A stretch of 63,332 nt of DNA, filler included. It is 7 parts of 7 records of this genome, joined end to end, with 100 filler letters (N's around TTAATTAATTAA, not from the genome) between each part and the next. Parts side by side here need not be neighbours in the genome. Positions count along the whole stretch, not along the records: positions 43,223 to 51,033 come from SRR20825019_1078; positions 51,134 to 57,398 come from SRR20825019_1080; 5 more parts are not named here. The stretch is one strand, 5' to 3'. The notes below the pieces were generated by a model. That model made no database searches, was not told where the DNA came from, and saw only the letters and a program-made list of their open reading frames with translations. Of this stretch, positions 44,556 to 53,842 are shown piece by piece. The position numbers and the translations under genes were made by a program. Position 1 is the stretch's first letter. Every line of letters starts with the position of its first letter.

Positions 44556-47500
44556 ATGTCCTTCTCGTTCTCTCAGTCGAACACGAGTGATATCGTCAGG
44601 AGGGATACGAACATCAATCACGGCACCGATCGGGGGCTAGATGCCCGGGCTGCTACTACTACTGCTTATCCCTCCACCACTATCAACCATAGTAGTGGTT
44701 GTAAAGGGGGGGCGTCGAGCGATCGTGTTACCGTCCGTATCGCCGTATTGTTCGCAATCGGCTGTATCGTCATCATCGGAGCTTTTACTGCCGTCACTGC
44801 CTACTCCGCCTTCACCTTCTCATCCACGATTACCAAGGGGGTCAAAGACAATTTAGAGCTGTCTCTACGTGCCGCAATGCAGCTGGTTACGACCCCGATT
44901 GACGCGTCGAATGCCTATATAGACGCCCTCCGAGACAAAATCGAGACCAATCCCGATATGTATGCCCTGGACGATGCTAATCCAACCTCTCTCGTCAATA
45001 CACCCTCCATACACACCTTCTTTATCGATGCCATGTTGACGGCGCTACACAGGAAGGAGATGGCATACATATTCCAAGTACGGAAATCTTCCAGATATAC
45101 TAGGAGCCCATCGGGTGCTCCCATCGACATGGTAGCAGTGGCATCTCGTTACACAAACCAGATTCTCTTTTTGGCGAATGATAGCTTCACAACGGTGGAG
45201 GTTCCCGACAACAGTGTTCTCTCTAACATCACTGGACAGCCCGAATCAAGTTTTTCCTACGACACCTCTGGCGATCCGTATGTCACTGCAACATTCGCAA
45301 CAGCCGGGAAACAATGGGTCACATCCGCATTCGTGAACCCAGATCCCACCGTCCCAGTCTCGGTCCTCATGACAATTTATGCCGAGATTCGTGGATTTTC
45401 AGGCGGAGGGTTCGGGATTGGAATCGATCACAACATGATAGCATTCCAAGAATTTATGCTTCAGGCAACTGTGCCATTTTCCATTGGTAGGCCCGATCCT
45501 CAGAAAGTAGTCTCACTAGGCGCCCATACCACCCTCTACGACCTCTCAGCAAACGTACTCATAACGTCCAGCATGACGACTGTAAAACTGTTCAGCGATA
45601 CGAATGAATTATGGCCGGCAGGTAATAGTCCCAATGCCGACCTCAATGCAGCCTACGCGGAGGCTATTGCTGTTTGTGGTGGAATTGATAATACGTTTTG
45701 TCAAAACGATCCCAGCATTCGATCATCGGGGGAACTACTCATCAGCGCACTTCGTAATCGTGACCTCACCACTAAGCTCGACCACCTACTCGTCTCCGTC
45801 GTCCCCCGAAGCTACTTCTTTGCCACCACAGATACAACCTTAGGGGTATCGATTGGCATTGGGGTGTTCTGTTGTGTGTTGATTGTTGCAGGGTGCATTC
45901 TATTGTTACGATCCATCACCCCCGCCCTGCACGCCCTCCAGGAGAACATGCTACTGGCCTCTGAGCTACAAAACCACCGTGTTGTCCACAGAGAGTCACG
46001 CCTGACGGATATCGCGAATCTGAGTGCTGTATTCGATCAAATGAATCAGCGGCTCCTATCATTTGTGCCAGAGGCTGTGCTTCTTGGACATGGTTCCACG
46101 AGTGAGGGGGGAGTAGGGGGCGGTGAGGATGATGAGAGCGAGGGTGGGGATGATGGGATGGTTTATGATGGTAATACTAAGTCTACCCGTCGTACCACAA
46201 ACAGCTCCACACTTATGTCCTCCATTCACGACGCCCATACTGAACTTACCGATGCAAGTGGGGCATCGACGGAAAAGATTGTAAAGCTGTTTACGATGAA
46301 TGAGAAACGTATTTCAGTTCTTTCCGTCAATTTGGTAGGATTCCATGCTCTCGTGTCATCATCAAACGGCCAAAATAACTCATCAAATCCCCGAAAAATC
46401 CATGACATTTCCACCAAGTTATTGTCTATTGTTGTAGGTGCAGCTCATCTTGATCGTGGTGTTTTAGATAGCTTCCACGGGGACCATTTCATGCTCACCT
46501 TCAATGCCTCCCGTGCTGTTGCAGGCGCCCTCGCAGCAGCTGTCCGAGCTGCTAACCTCATTGTCGATGAAGTGAGGGCGGATGCCCGCTTCAGGGGTTG
46601 TCTTGGTATTGCCTGTGGTGCTGCTGTGGGGAGGGCCCGCATAGGTACCCTGGGAATCGAGGGTCATCGCCGTCTCAGTGTGGTGGGGGGCGTCTACAGC
46701 TCGGCTATACGGATGCAGCATGTTAGTGGACAGTTCATCCAACGGGTCTCCAACATGACTAATACTACCCGACGAGGAGGGGTGGTTGGTGACCAACCAG
46801 TAGCTAGCGGATGTGCGATTGAAGAATCCGCTCTCAAGGACGTTGGGAACTGTGGAATGTACATGCAACTCATTGGTCGTGGTGCATTCCCCAACGACCA
46901 CCACCACTACTACAACTGCACAAAGACCTACACTGCCGCGCAACAACCCCAACAACCCCAACAACCTCATCATCAGCAGCAGCATTCGGGTGTTGGAAAG
47001 TATGTCTACCTAGCCCATTACAACCCCCGGGATGACCGGATTGGGAATACCCAAGCAGCAGGGGATGCTGAGTGGTTGTACGAGCTGAATGCCATAGAGG
47101 CGGGAGACCCCTATCGTGCTCCGAATGAAGCCCTCATGGCGTTAATGAATGGAGATCGGGATCAATGCGGCCGGTTGATACCGATACGAAGTCCTCCACA
47201 ATTACTGAACGGATCTGTCACCGAAAACACCAACCACAACATCAACATCACTAATACCGGTAATCATCATGTCCTCAGGAGGACCCCACGGGCGCACTCT
47301 CGGGGAGGGGGGGTCGTTGAAGCCGTAATGCCCTTCAGTCGCTCCACCTCTACTAGCACTATCGACGATGCAATCAACTCAAGTACATCTGGTGGTGGAG
47401 GTGGTGATACTTATCGCCGCCAAAGTGGCATGGGTAGCAATACCTGTGGTGGTGCTGTGGAGGGTGATGCTACTAGCTTCACACTAATTCCCACCATGAT

Positions 47501-47663
47501 GCCCGTTCAGAACCGTACCACATCATGTTGGCACATGGTGGAGAATATATACGAGGCGAATGGGCGGTTGGTTGAGAACAATGGGGTTGTTGGTGATGGT
47601 GGGGAAAATGCTACATACAACAACACAGCTTCTGGATGTGAACTGTGGACGTTTGCTGTCTAG
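44556..47663 (+). CDS. Receptor-type class III nucleotide cyclase-like protein (2 TM, extracellular sensor, HAMP-like linker, degenerate cyclase domain)
   Basis: Two TM helices flank an extracellular region, followed by SRLTDIANLSAVFDQM..LLSFVP and cyclase-like RISVLSVNLVGFH, GVLDSFHGDHFMLTFN and GTLG..VVGGVYSSAIRMQ. Intronless. Confidence 0.75.
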   Translation: MSFSFSQSNTSDIVRRDTNINHGTDRGLDARAATTTAYPSTTINHSSGCKGGASSDRVTVRIAVLFAIGCIVIIGAFTAVTAYSAFTFSSTITKGVKDNLELSLRAAMQLVTTPIDASNAYIDALRDKIETNPDMYALDDANPTSLVNTPSIHTFFIDAMLTALHRKEMAYIFQVRKSSRYTRSPSGAPIDMVAVASRYTNQILFLANDSFTTVEVPDNSVLSNITGQPESSFSYDTSGDPYVTATFATAGKQWVTSAFVNPDPTVPVSVLMTIYAEIRGFSGGGFGIGIDHNMIAFQEFMLQATVPFSIGRPDPQKVVSLGAHTTLYDLSANVLITSSMTTVKLFSDTNELWPAGNSPNADLNAAYAEAIAVCGGIDNTFCQNDPSIRSSGELLISALRNRDLTTKLDHLLVSVVPRSYFFATTDTTLGVSIGIGVFCCVLIVAGCILLLRSITPALHALQENMLLASELQNHRVVHRESRLTDIANLSAVFDQMNQRLLSFVPEAVLLGHGSTSEGGVGGGEDDESEGGDDGMVYDGNTKSTRRTTNSSTLMSSIHDAHTELTDASGASTEKIVKLFTMNEKRISVLSVNLVGFHALVSSSNGQNNSSNPRKIHDISTKLLSIVVGAAHLDRGVLDSFHGDHFMLTFNASRAVAGALAAAVRAANLIVDEVRADARFRGCLGIACGAAVGRARIGTLGIEGHRRLSVVGGVYSSAIRMQHVSGQFIQRVSNMTNTTRRGGVVGDQPVASGCAIEESALKDVGNCGMYMQLIGRGAFPNDHHHYYNCTKTYTAAQQPQQPQQPHHQQQHSGVGKYVYLAHYNPRDDRIGNTQAAGDAEWLYELNAIEAGDPYRAPNEALMALMNGDRDQCGRLIPIRSPPQLLNGSVTENTNHNINITNTGNHHVLRRTPRAHSRGGGVVEAVMPFSRSTSTSTIDDAINSSTSGGGGGDTYRRQSGMGSNTCGGAVEGDATSFTLIPTMMPVQNRTTSCWHMVENIYEANGRLVENNGVVGDGGENATYNNTASGCELWTFAV

Positions 47664-48208
47664 CAACCCACCTCACGTTACTCTGTTTATATTTATTGTT
47701 TTATTAGTTTTATTGAAAGTCCCGTGACGACAATTTAGTTTGTAGATAGTTTTATATATATTGCCACAAGAAGGGAGACGCACCGTACCCCAATATCAAA
47801 TAAAATACACAACCTCAACACGAGACACACAGCACCAGCAACGCTAGACGCCACCGCCTAATCAATTTGGAAATGCTCATCTTCCTCCAAAAGCGCTTAC
47901 TCACTACACGACACACACACTTAGTCTTTTTTACAATAGTGTTCCCGCTGCGCGCTATGACAATGGGAACAGATGGAATGAACGCAAACTATATACCGGT
48001 ATTACTACTACTGCCTTGGTTGGAGGGGGGAGTATGTGAGAGGTGTATGATCCGCTGTTCCTTTCACTTCTTTAACTTTTTGTGCATCATTGTTTTCGTA
48101 TTCTTTTACAAAATCAACGTAGTCGTACGTCATCTATGGCGTATAGCTCTTTTGGCGTATGCATATTTTAAGATGTATCTCAAAATGTGTCCGCCATCTG
48201 AGTGAAGA

Positions 48209-48244
48209 AATATAAATCTACGGTAGGAATATAAATCTACGGTA
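48209..48244. repeat. Direct tandem duplication AATATAAATCTACGGTA x2
   Basis: Exact 17-nt copies at 48209-48225 and 48228-48244. Confidence 0.9.
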
Positions 48245-48430
48245 CATGGAATGTGGAGCTGTTATATGGTGATAATGTATCCCATATCCCCCCACGCACA
48301 CACCTGTTTGATACTACTGACTTTTGTCTCTCAATATCGTGACATGTACGCCTGTTTTTTGTTTTTTTCAGTGCAGTTTATTGTTCTAATTTCTCCAACA
48401 TTTTTAAATATTAGTGGATTATTTCCAATT

Positions 48431-48859
48431 ATGATCACTGCTGCCGCTCTTGAGGTTAACCTCCTCATCTACCCTGCCTTCGTCCTCTTCATCCTCACCC
48501 TCGTCCCAATCCCCTTCATCTCCCGCCGCGTATGCAAACTCATCGCCACAATTGAGAACATCCGCTTCCAGGGCGTCAGCGTCCTCATGATTATCACCAT
48601 CGGTGCCTTCATCCTATTTGGCTTGGCGATGAAGGAGTACCGTGATCGCTATGCTGCCATCTCCGGCGGCGACCAGCTCAACCTTGATACTAGCCGCAAG
48701 GCCGATCAGCAGTTCCACTCCAAGAAGTGGCGTGCTGAGCGCAACCTGTACGTACATGCCATGGTCGCCGTGCTGTACTCCGCCCTCCTCAAGATTGCCC
48801 GCCTCACCCTCGAAAACAATGCCCTTCAGAAGAAGATTGAGAAGCCCAAGCAGGAGTAG
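48431..48859 (+). CDS. BAP29/BAP31-like ER membrane protein
   Basis: Three hydrophobic segments, KWRAERNLY motif, short coiled coil and a C-terminal KPKQE resembling a di-lysine ER retrieval signal. Confidence 0.7.
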   Translation: MITAAALEVNLLIYPAFVLFILTLVPIPFISRRVCKLIATIENIRFQGVSVLMIITIGAFILFGLAMKEYRDRYAAISGGDQLNLDTSRKADQQFHSKKWRAERNLYVHAMVAVLYSALLKIARLTLENNALQKKIEKPKQE

Positions 48860-49174
48860 GTATTATATTGTATGTGTGTGCGTATTCGGATGACACCACT
48901 TTGATATTCATATCTCTCTTGTGTTGTAGTTGTCTCTGTGTGTGTCTGTATCGTCTCTGTGCTGCTGCTTTCATACAGTACATTCATCTCTCGCGCTATG
49001 CGAAACCCCTGCCAATCAATCAATCATCAATCAAATACAAAATCACTTCCACTATATATCTGAAAAGATATTTGATTGTCTTGTCTAATCTTGTTTTTAA
49101 AAGTTGCTCTTCCCACTCCGATCAACTTTCCATCTTTCCATAATTAACAGTGCCATTTTAAAATATATACAATT

Positions 49175-49543
49175 ATGCAGCAGCAGTCACCCACACCGTC
49201 TTCAAGGGGGAACATCTCTGGAGGAGACCAACAACAGTCTGGTGGTGCTGCCTTCTCTCTCATGCAGAGGGAAGTGGACCGTCTGACCGACGAGCTCGAC
49301 TCCTACAAGTCCGAAAACAACCAACTGAAGCAACAGGTACAATACCTAAGCCACCTTCTCTTTACAAAGAGGAACAGCGGGGGTGGTGGAGGTGCTGGTT
49401 CCGGCCCCATGTCCCCAGGAGTAAGCCACAGTACCAAGTATGGAGGTGGGTTGCACGCCCCAAATTCCATTCAGGAGGGGAAGTGTGTGGTTGTCAATGC
49501 CAAGACGGGGGAGGTACATACTGACGATGAGAGTGGTCACTAG
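49175..49543 (+). CDS. Small coiled-coil hypothetical protein
   Basis: 122-aa ORF with heptad LMQREVDRLTDELDSYKSENNQLKQQVQYL, co-oriented with neighbours and preceded by a pyrimidine-rich tract. Confidence 0.55.
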   Translation: MQQQSPTPSSRGNISGGDQQQSGGAAFSLMQREVDRLTDELDSYKSENNQLKQQVQYLSHLLFTKRNSGGGGGAGSGPMSPGVSHSTKYGGGLHAPNSIQEGKCVVVNAKTGEVHTDDESGH

Positions 49544-49804
49544 AGTATGTAAAGTACCACAACTGTCATCTCCTCCTTATTGACGTGTTAGTGTTGATTG
49601 GATTGTAAACTCTTTGTACTATCGATTATCTATACAATAATGGCATTGTGACACACAGTACTTTCAGACTTTTACGACATTGAATTTATCATTTATCCCC
49701 TTCTCGATTTAAAATATTCCCCCAGAATAAGTGGTAGTAACAATTACCTCCGTAAACAGGCTATACTCGCATCTAACCGCCACTCACTTCCCCAAACCCC
49801 TCAC

Positions 49805-51033
49805 ATGTCGCTACGAAGAGTTCATATCCTACGTACCGGTGGTGGTGGGCTACTACTACTCCCTCCTGTACATGACCTGCATCATACACTGGGGCATCAC
49901 CAGGTCAGGACTATTTCATCAACTTCATCGTCTCCAAAAACCAAACCTAGACATCAACAAACTGTTGCTCCCTCAACATCGTCATCGTCGTCTGCGTGTC
50001 CACTATCTCGTCGAGAGGCACCACTACCCCGTCAACGCCGCAATGGCGGACCCCTACCCAAAACACCACCAACACCACCATCCTCATCTCCAAAACACTC
50101 ATCGTCACCAGTACCAATACCATCAGCTTCTACAGGGCCTACTACCACGACACCATCATCATCAGAAACAGAAGTAGCATTGATGCCGCATACCAAGGAG
50201 GATGTGTTAGAGCTCACCGACAGGCACAATAAGCGTACATCTACCCTAGTGGCAACTATGAGGCTTGGGGATACTAAACTGCGAACACGGGCCTCCACAC
50301 TACTACTCAAATCGACTGATGAGCTGTGTGAAATGATGGACGCACTGTGTGGTGGAGCAAACACTAGTAGTAATAATAGTACTACCACTACTACTTCTTC
50401 CTTTGTGAAGCTCGAAGAGCTGTCTACACCGCTAAGTGAAGCCCAAGCCCGCCTGCAGGCAATCCTACACCTCGCTGTGGTCCGACACCCCCTGCCATCC
50501 CCAGTAGATGCCGCTCATGAGGGCAATGCCCTGTTCCTCCGAATTGGATCACTGTCTCGTATCCAACGCCAATACATATCTGGTGGTGGTAATACTGGAA
50601 ACGTTGGGGGTGAGTCTTGGGAGCGTGGTCTTGGATATTTGTCCTTACTTGCCCAGCACCGACCCACAACACTATCCACCGCACCTGATGCCGTCGTCGT
50701 GGAGCTGATAGCTGCACTGGAGGCCCGCCACAAACAACAACAAGCATCATCTCCTCCAGCAACGGACCCCCAGGATGAGTCAGCCAATGGTGTTAGTAGC
50801 AGTTGTGGTAATGGTGTTGGCGAGGCTGCGGTGTGGATGAGAGCGCTCTCTCTTGTCCATCATCTGGGTCGTGTTGGTGCCGAGCCCCCAGCCGCAGTCG
50901 CACAATGGGTGTATACCGTCGCAGGGAAGACGTCAGGCCAAGTTGGGTGTGCGGTACGACAGATTAATAACATACCCGTACGACCATCATCACCATCATC
51001 CTCTCCACATCCGCCTCCCCCTTCTTACCCTGT
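49805..51033 (+). CDS. Hypothetical protein, possibly mitochondrial (3'-truncated)
   Basis: Open to the contig end. N-terminus MSLRRVHILR resembles a short mitochondrial presequence; S/P/T-rich then helical region. Confidence 0.55.
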
Positions 51034-51133
51034 NNNNNNNNNNNNNNNNNNNNNNNNNNNNNNNNNNNNNNNNNNNNTTAATTAATTAANNNNNNNNNNN
51101 NNNNNNNNNNNNNNNNNNNNNNNNNNNNNNNNN
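51034..51133. other. Artificial contig-joining spacer
   Basis: N run with TTAATTAATTAA. Confidence 0.98.
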
Positions 51134-51417
51134 AAACCAATAAATTCATTCATTCATTCATTGAGCGGGCCGGCCGGGCCCGGCCGGGGCCCCGGTCAGT
51201 CAGTCTGCTGGGACGCGGCGCCGTGGCTCACCGCCTGGTGCCGCCTGGCGCGGCCCGCGCCGCGCGCCGGCTACCTGACCGTACCAAGCCAGGTACGGTA
51301 CGGTCCCGATGGAGGGCCACAACCGGACCGATGGCTCTACGCCGTGGTTGTCCAGCCGCCCCGGCCACGCCTGTTTCTGTCACTCGTATATAGCCAGGCT
51401 TGCAGTGTGTACAGTGA

Positions 51418-52017
51418 ATGGAGGTCGGTATTTTGTTCGCAATGACGGTGTCGTTGTCAAGTGCTGTTGTAGCTGGCTTGCTGTCCTCTAGCTGTTGTGC
51501 ACTTCAACTTGGCCTTAACTTACTCGGCACTTTGAACATATTCCCCGCTGTTGGCTGCGCTGGTTTTAACACACTATTAGGCCCGCACAGGCAGACTCTT
51601 CGCTTGGTTACACTTTCATGGCTTACTATATTGTGGGTGCGTTGCATGGTTAGACCTTGCGGTCAGAAGCCAAAATTGCTGTTGTCTACCATGGTTACAC
51701 TTTCCCTGATGTTTTTGCCTGAGATGCTGGAGGCTCAACAGATTCAACTCATTGACAACGTGTCAGCCGGTGATATTGATGCAATCAAGTCATATACAGT
51801 AACTGGAATGGGTTGCGAGGGATGTGAGGTGGCGGTCAGAGATATTTTACTTTCACTCGAAGGTGTTCGGGGCAGCCAAGCAAGCTTTGAAAAGTCCACG
51901 GCCACAGTGTTCTTGAGCAGTTTGTCTCAATATAACGAGACTGCGGCCGTGGAACGAATGAAGGATGGTGGTTATGTTCTCCACCTTCCCGCTGTTCTGC
52001 CCTCACCATCACCATAA
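51418..52017 (+). CDS. MerT-like membrane domain fused to HMA (MerP/CopZ-like) metal-binding domain
   Basis: Hydrophobic N-terminal half with a vicinal Cys pair in TM1 (LLSSSCC), GCAGFN..LGP.R and about 3 TM helices, then YTVTGMGCEGC..V...L..LEGV (GMxCxxC). Intronless. Confidence 0.75.
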   Translation: MEVGILFAMTVSLSSAVVAGLLSSSCCALQLGLNLLGTLNIFPAVGCAGFNTLLGPHRQTLRLVTLSWLTILWVRCMVRPCGQKPKLLLSTMVTLSLMFLPEMLEAQQIQLIDNVSAGDIDAIKSYTVTGMGCEGCEVAVRDILLSLEGVRGSQASFEKSTATVFLSSLSQYNETAAVERMKDGGYVLHLPAVLPSPSP

Positions 52018-52036
52018 CTCATCCGTCATGCAGCTC

Positions 52037-53534
52037 TCATGGAGAATCCTCGATCTTGATGTCAACTTGTGCACTCAACCGCTTCAAGTTTGACACTGCT
52101 TCATCAGCCGAAGACCCCCGCGCACACATCCAACCCAATGCGTAAAATCCCTTTGGTGGGACCAACACGGTGTCACCAACACTCCAGTACTCCATATGGT
52201 CTACGTATGCTGGGTCACCAACGACAGCAGGAGGAAATTTCTGTTCAATGATTGTACCCCCCTGATTTGGGCGGAAGTTAACCGATGCAATATAGCAGGG
52301 GACAACTGTCCTAGCTCGCGGTTGCTGCTCTGCAGATACAATGACGGGGAGGCCGCATGATACTCTCACATACTGTTCTGCAAGGTTCAATCCAAATGCA
52401 GAGAGATTTAGCCTGTAAGTCTCTGCTGCTCCCATGCGCAAGTTAACTTCGATGGGGTATGCTACACCACTGCTGCTTAACTTCGCTTCAAAGTGCATGC
52501 AGCAGTTGACCTTCCCGGAAGATGTCTTTCTGATCGCATCCAAGAAAGACTCCACCAATTGAAGTAGCTTCTGCTGAGACCTTTCAGATAGCCCACACGG
52601 GGCCAAACCTCCCTAAAATTCCATCAGTGAAAGGCGTTACTCAAATACGATGTAAAGCATACCTCTTCACAAAAGAAAGGTGGCTTGGTCGGAAAGTTCA
52701 GGCTTATACCCGCAAACGCAAGATGGGTATCCTTGACAATACAATCGATGTCCACCTCGTCTCCATCAATATACTCTTCCACAACTAAATGCACGGCCAC
52801 ACCGATGCTTCGCCAATGATTTATATCTCTGCTAGTGTCCAATACCCCAAACGTCGCTTTCGCGGCTTCACACAGACTTTCAAACGAATCACAAGTTCGC
52901 ACCAACAGACTTCCGGCTCCAGGTGATGGTTTGAGCACCACTGGGTACTTCAAGCCAGCCTCCTCTACCCTTTTCAGGTCATCGGTTGACCACAAGGGGA
53001 TGCTTTTAGGTGCCGGGATGTTGTTGGAAGCACACCAAGATCGAAATGAGCTCTTCACGTTCACCTTCTTAATTATCTGATGGGCGGGATGTCAACTCGA
53101 AAACTCTTGCCGCAACTCAGTCTAACCAACCTCCGGGCAAGCAGGGCAAATTATTTGCCGGCCCCACCTTTCTCCAAGAACGGAACAAGGATAAACACCA
53201 TACTCATCGAATGTAAGAACTCCATCTAAGTCTACCGGGGACATATTCCAGCTTTTGAGATGACTTTCAATGCTCTCTTGCAAAAGATCAACGTTCCACT
53301 ACGCAAGGACGAGATCAATAAGGATCTTAAGCAAGGGAAATGTTTTCGTACCGTATCGACGAAGATCCATTTCCATATTGCTGGATCTGCATAGTTCTTG
53401 ACAGGATTCACCATGATTATCTTAACACCAAGTGAGTGCAAATGCAGATATGCAGCCAGTCTACTATTGGAACTGGTGCGAATGAATAAGACCGTTTTCC
53501 CGGACAGTTCGCTTAACCTTTCGGCTTCTCCCAT
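52037..53534 (-). CDS. ATP-grasp ligase (carnosine synthase / L-amino-acid ligase-like), multi-exon
   Basis: DGVLTFDEY, K..FR..C....IPAP, YPVVLKPSPGAGS, VVEEYIDGDEVDID, CMHFEAK and PIEVNLRMG. The start position is uncertain. Confidence 0.8.
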
Positions 53535-53842
53535 AGCAGCGGACACTTACCTTTGCACCTCTTGGATCTACAAATATATGAAGCGTGGGGGGCTGGGGAG
53601 TTGGGTTCAGTTTGGGTTGGGTTGTGTTGGATTAGTGATTGCGATTGCGGTTAGGCCAGTCCGGCGGCCAGTGCAATCAAGCTGAAAGGAAGCAACGCCG
53701 CCGGCGCCGGAACGCAGCGAGGTCACGGTACTCGGGGCCGCCAATGAATTGACCGCCAAGTTGAGTAGCAAAAAAATTGAAATAGTTTGCTTAATCAAAA
53801 ATAGTTTATTTAATCAGAGTGCCGACTTCACCGGGGTGATGA

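Noticed and set aside
48209-48244. 17-nt direct repeat as CRISPR-like or regulatory array
   Set aside because: Only two adjacent copies separated by 2 nt; simple slippage duplication.
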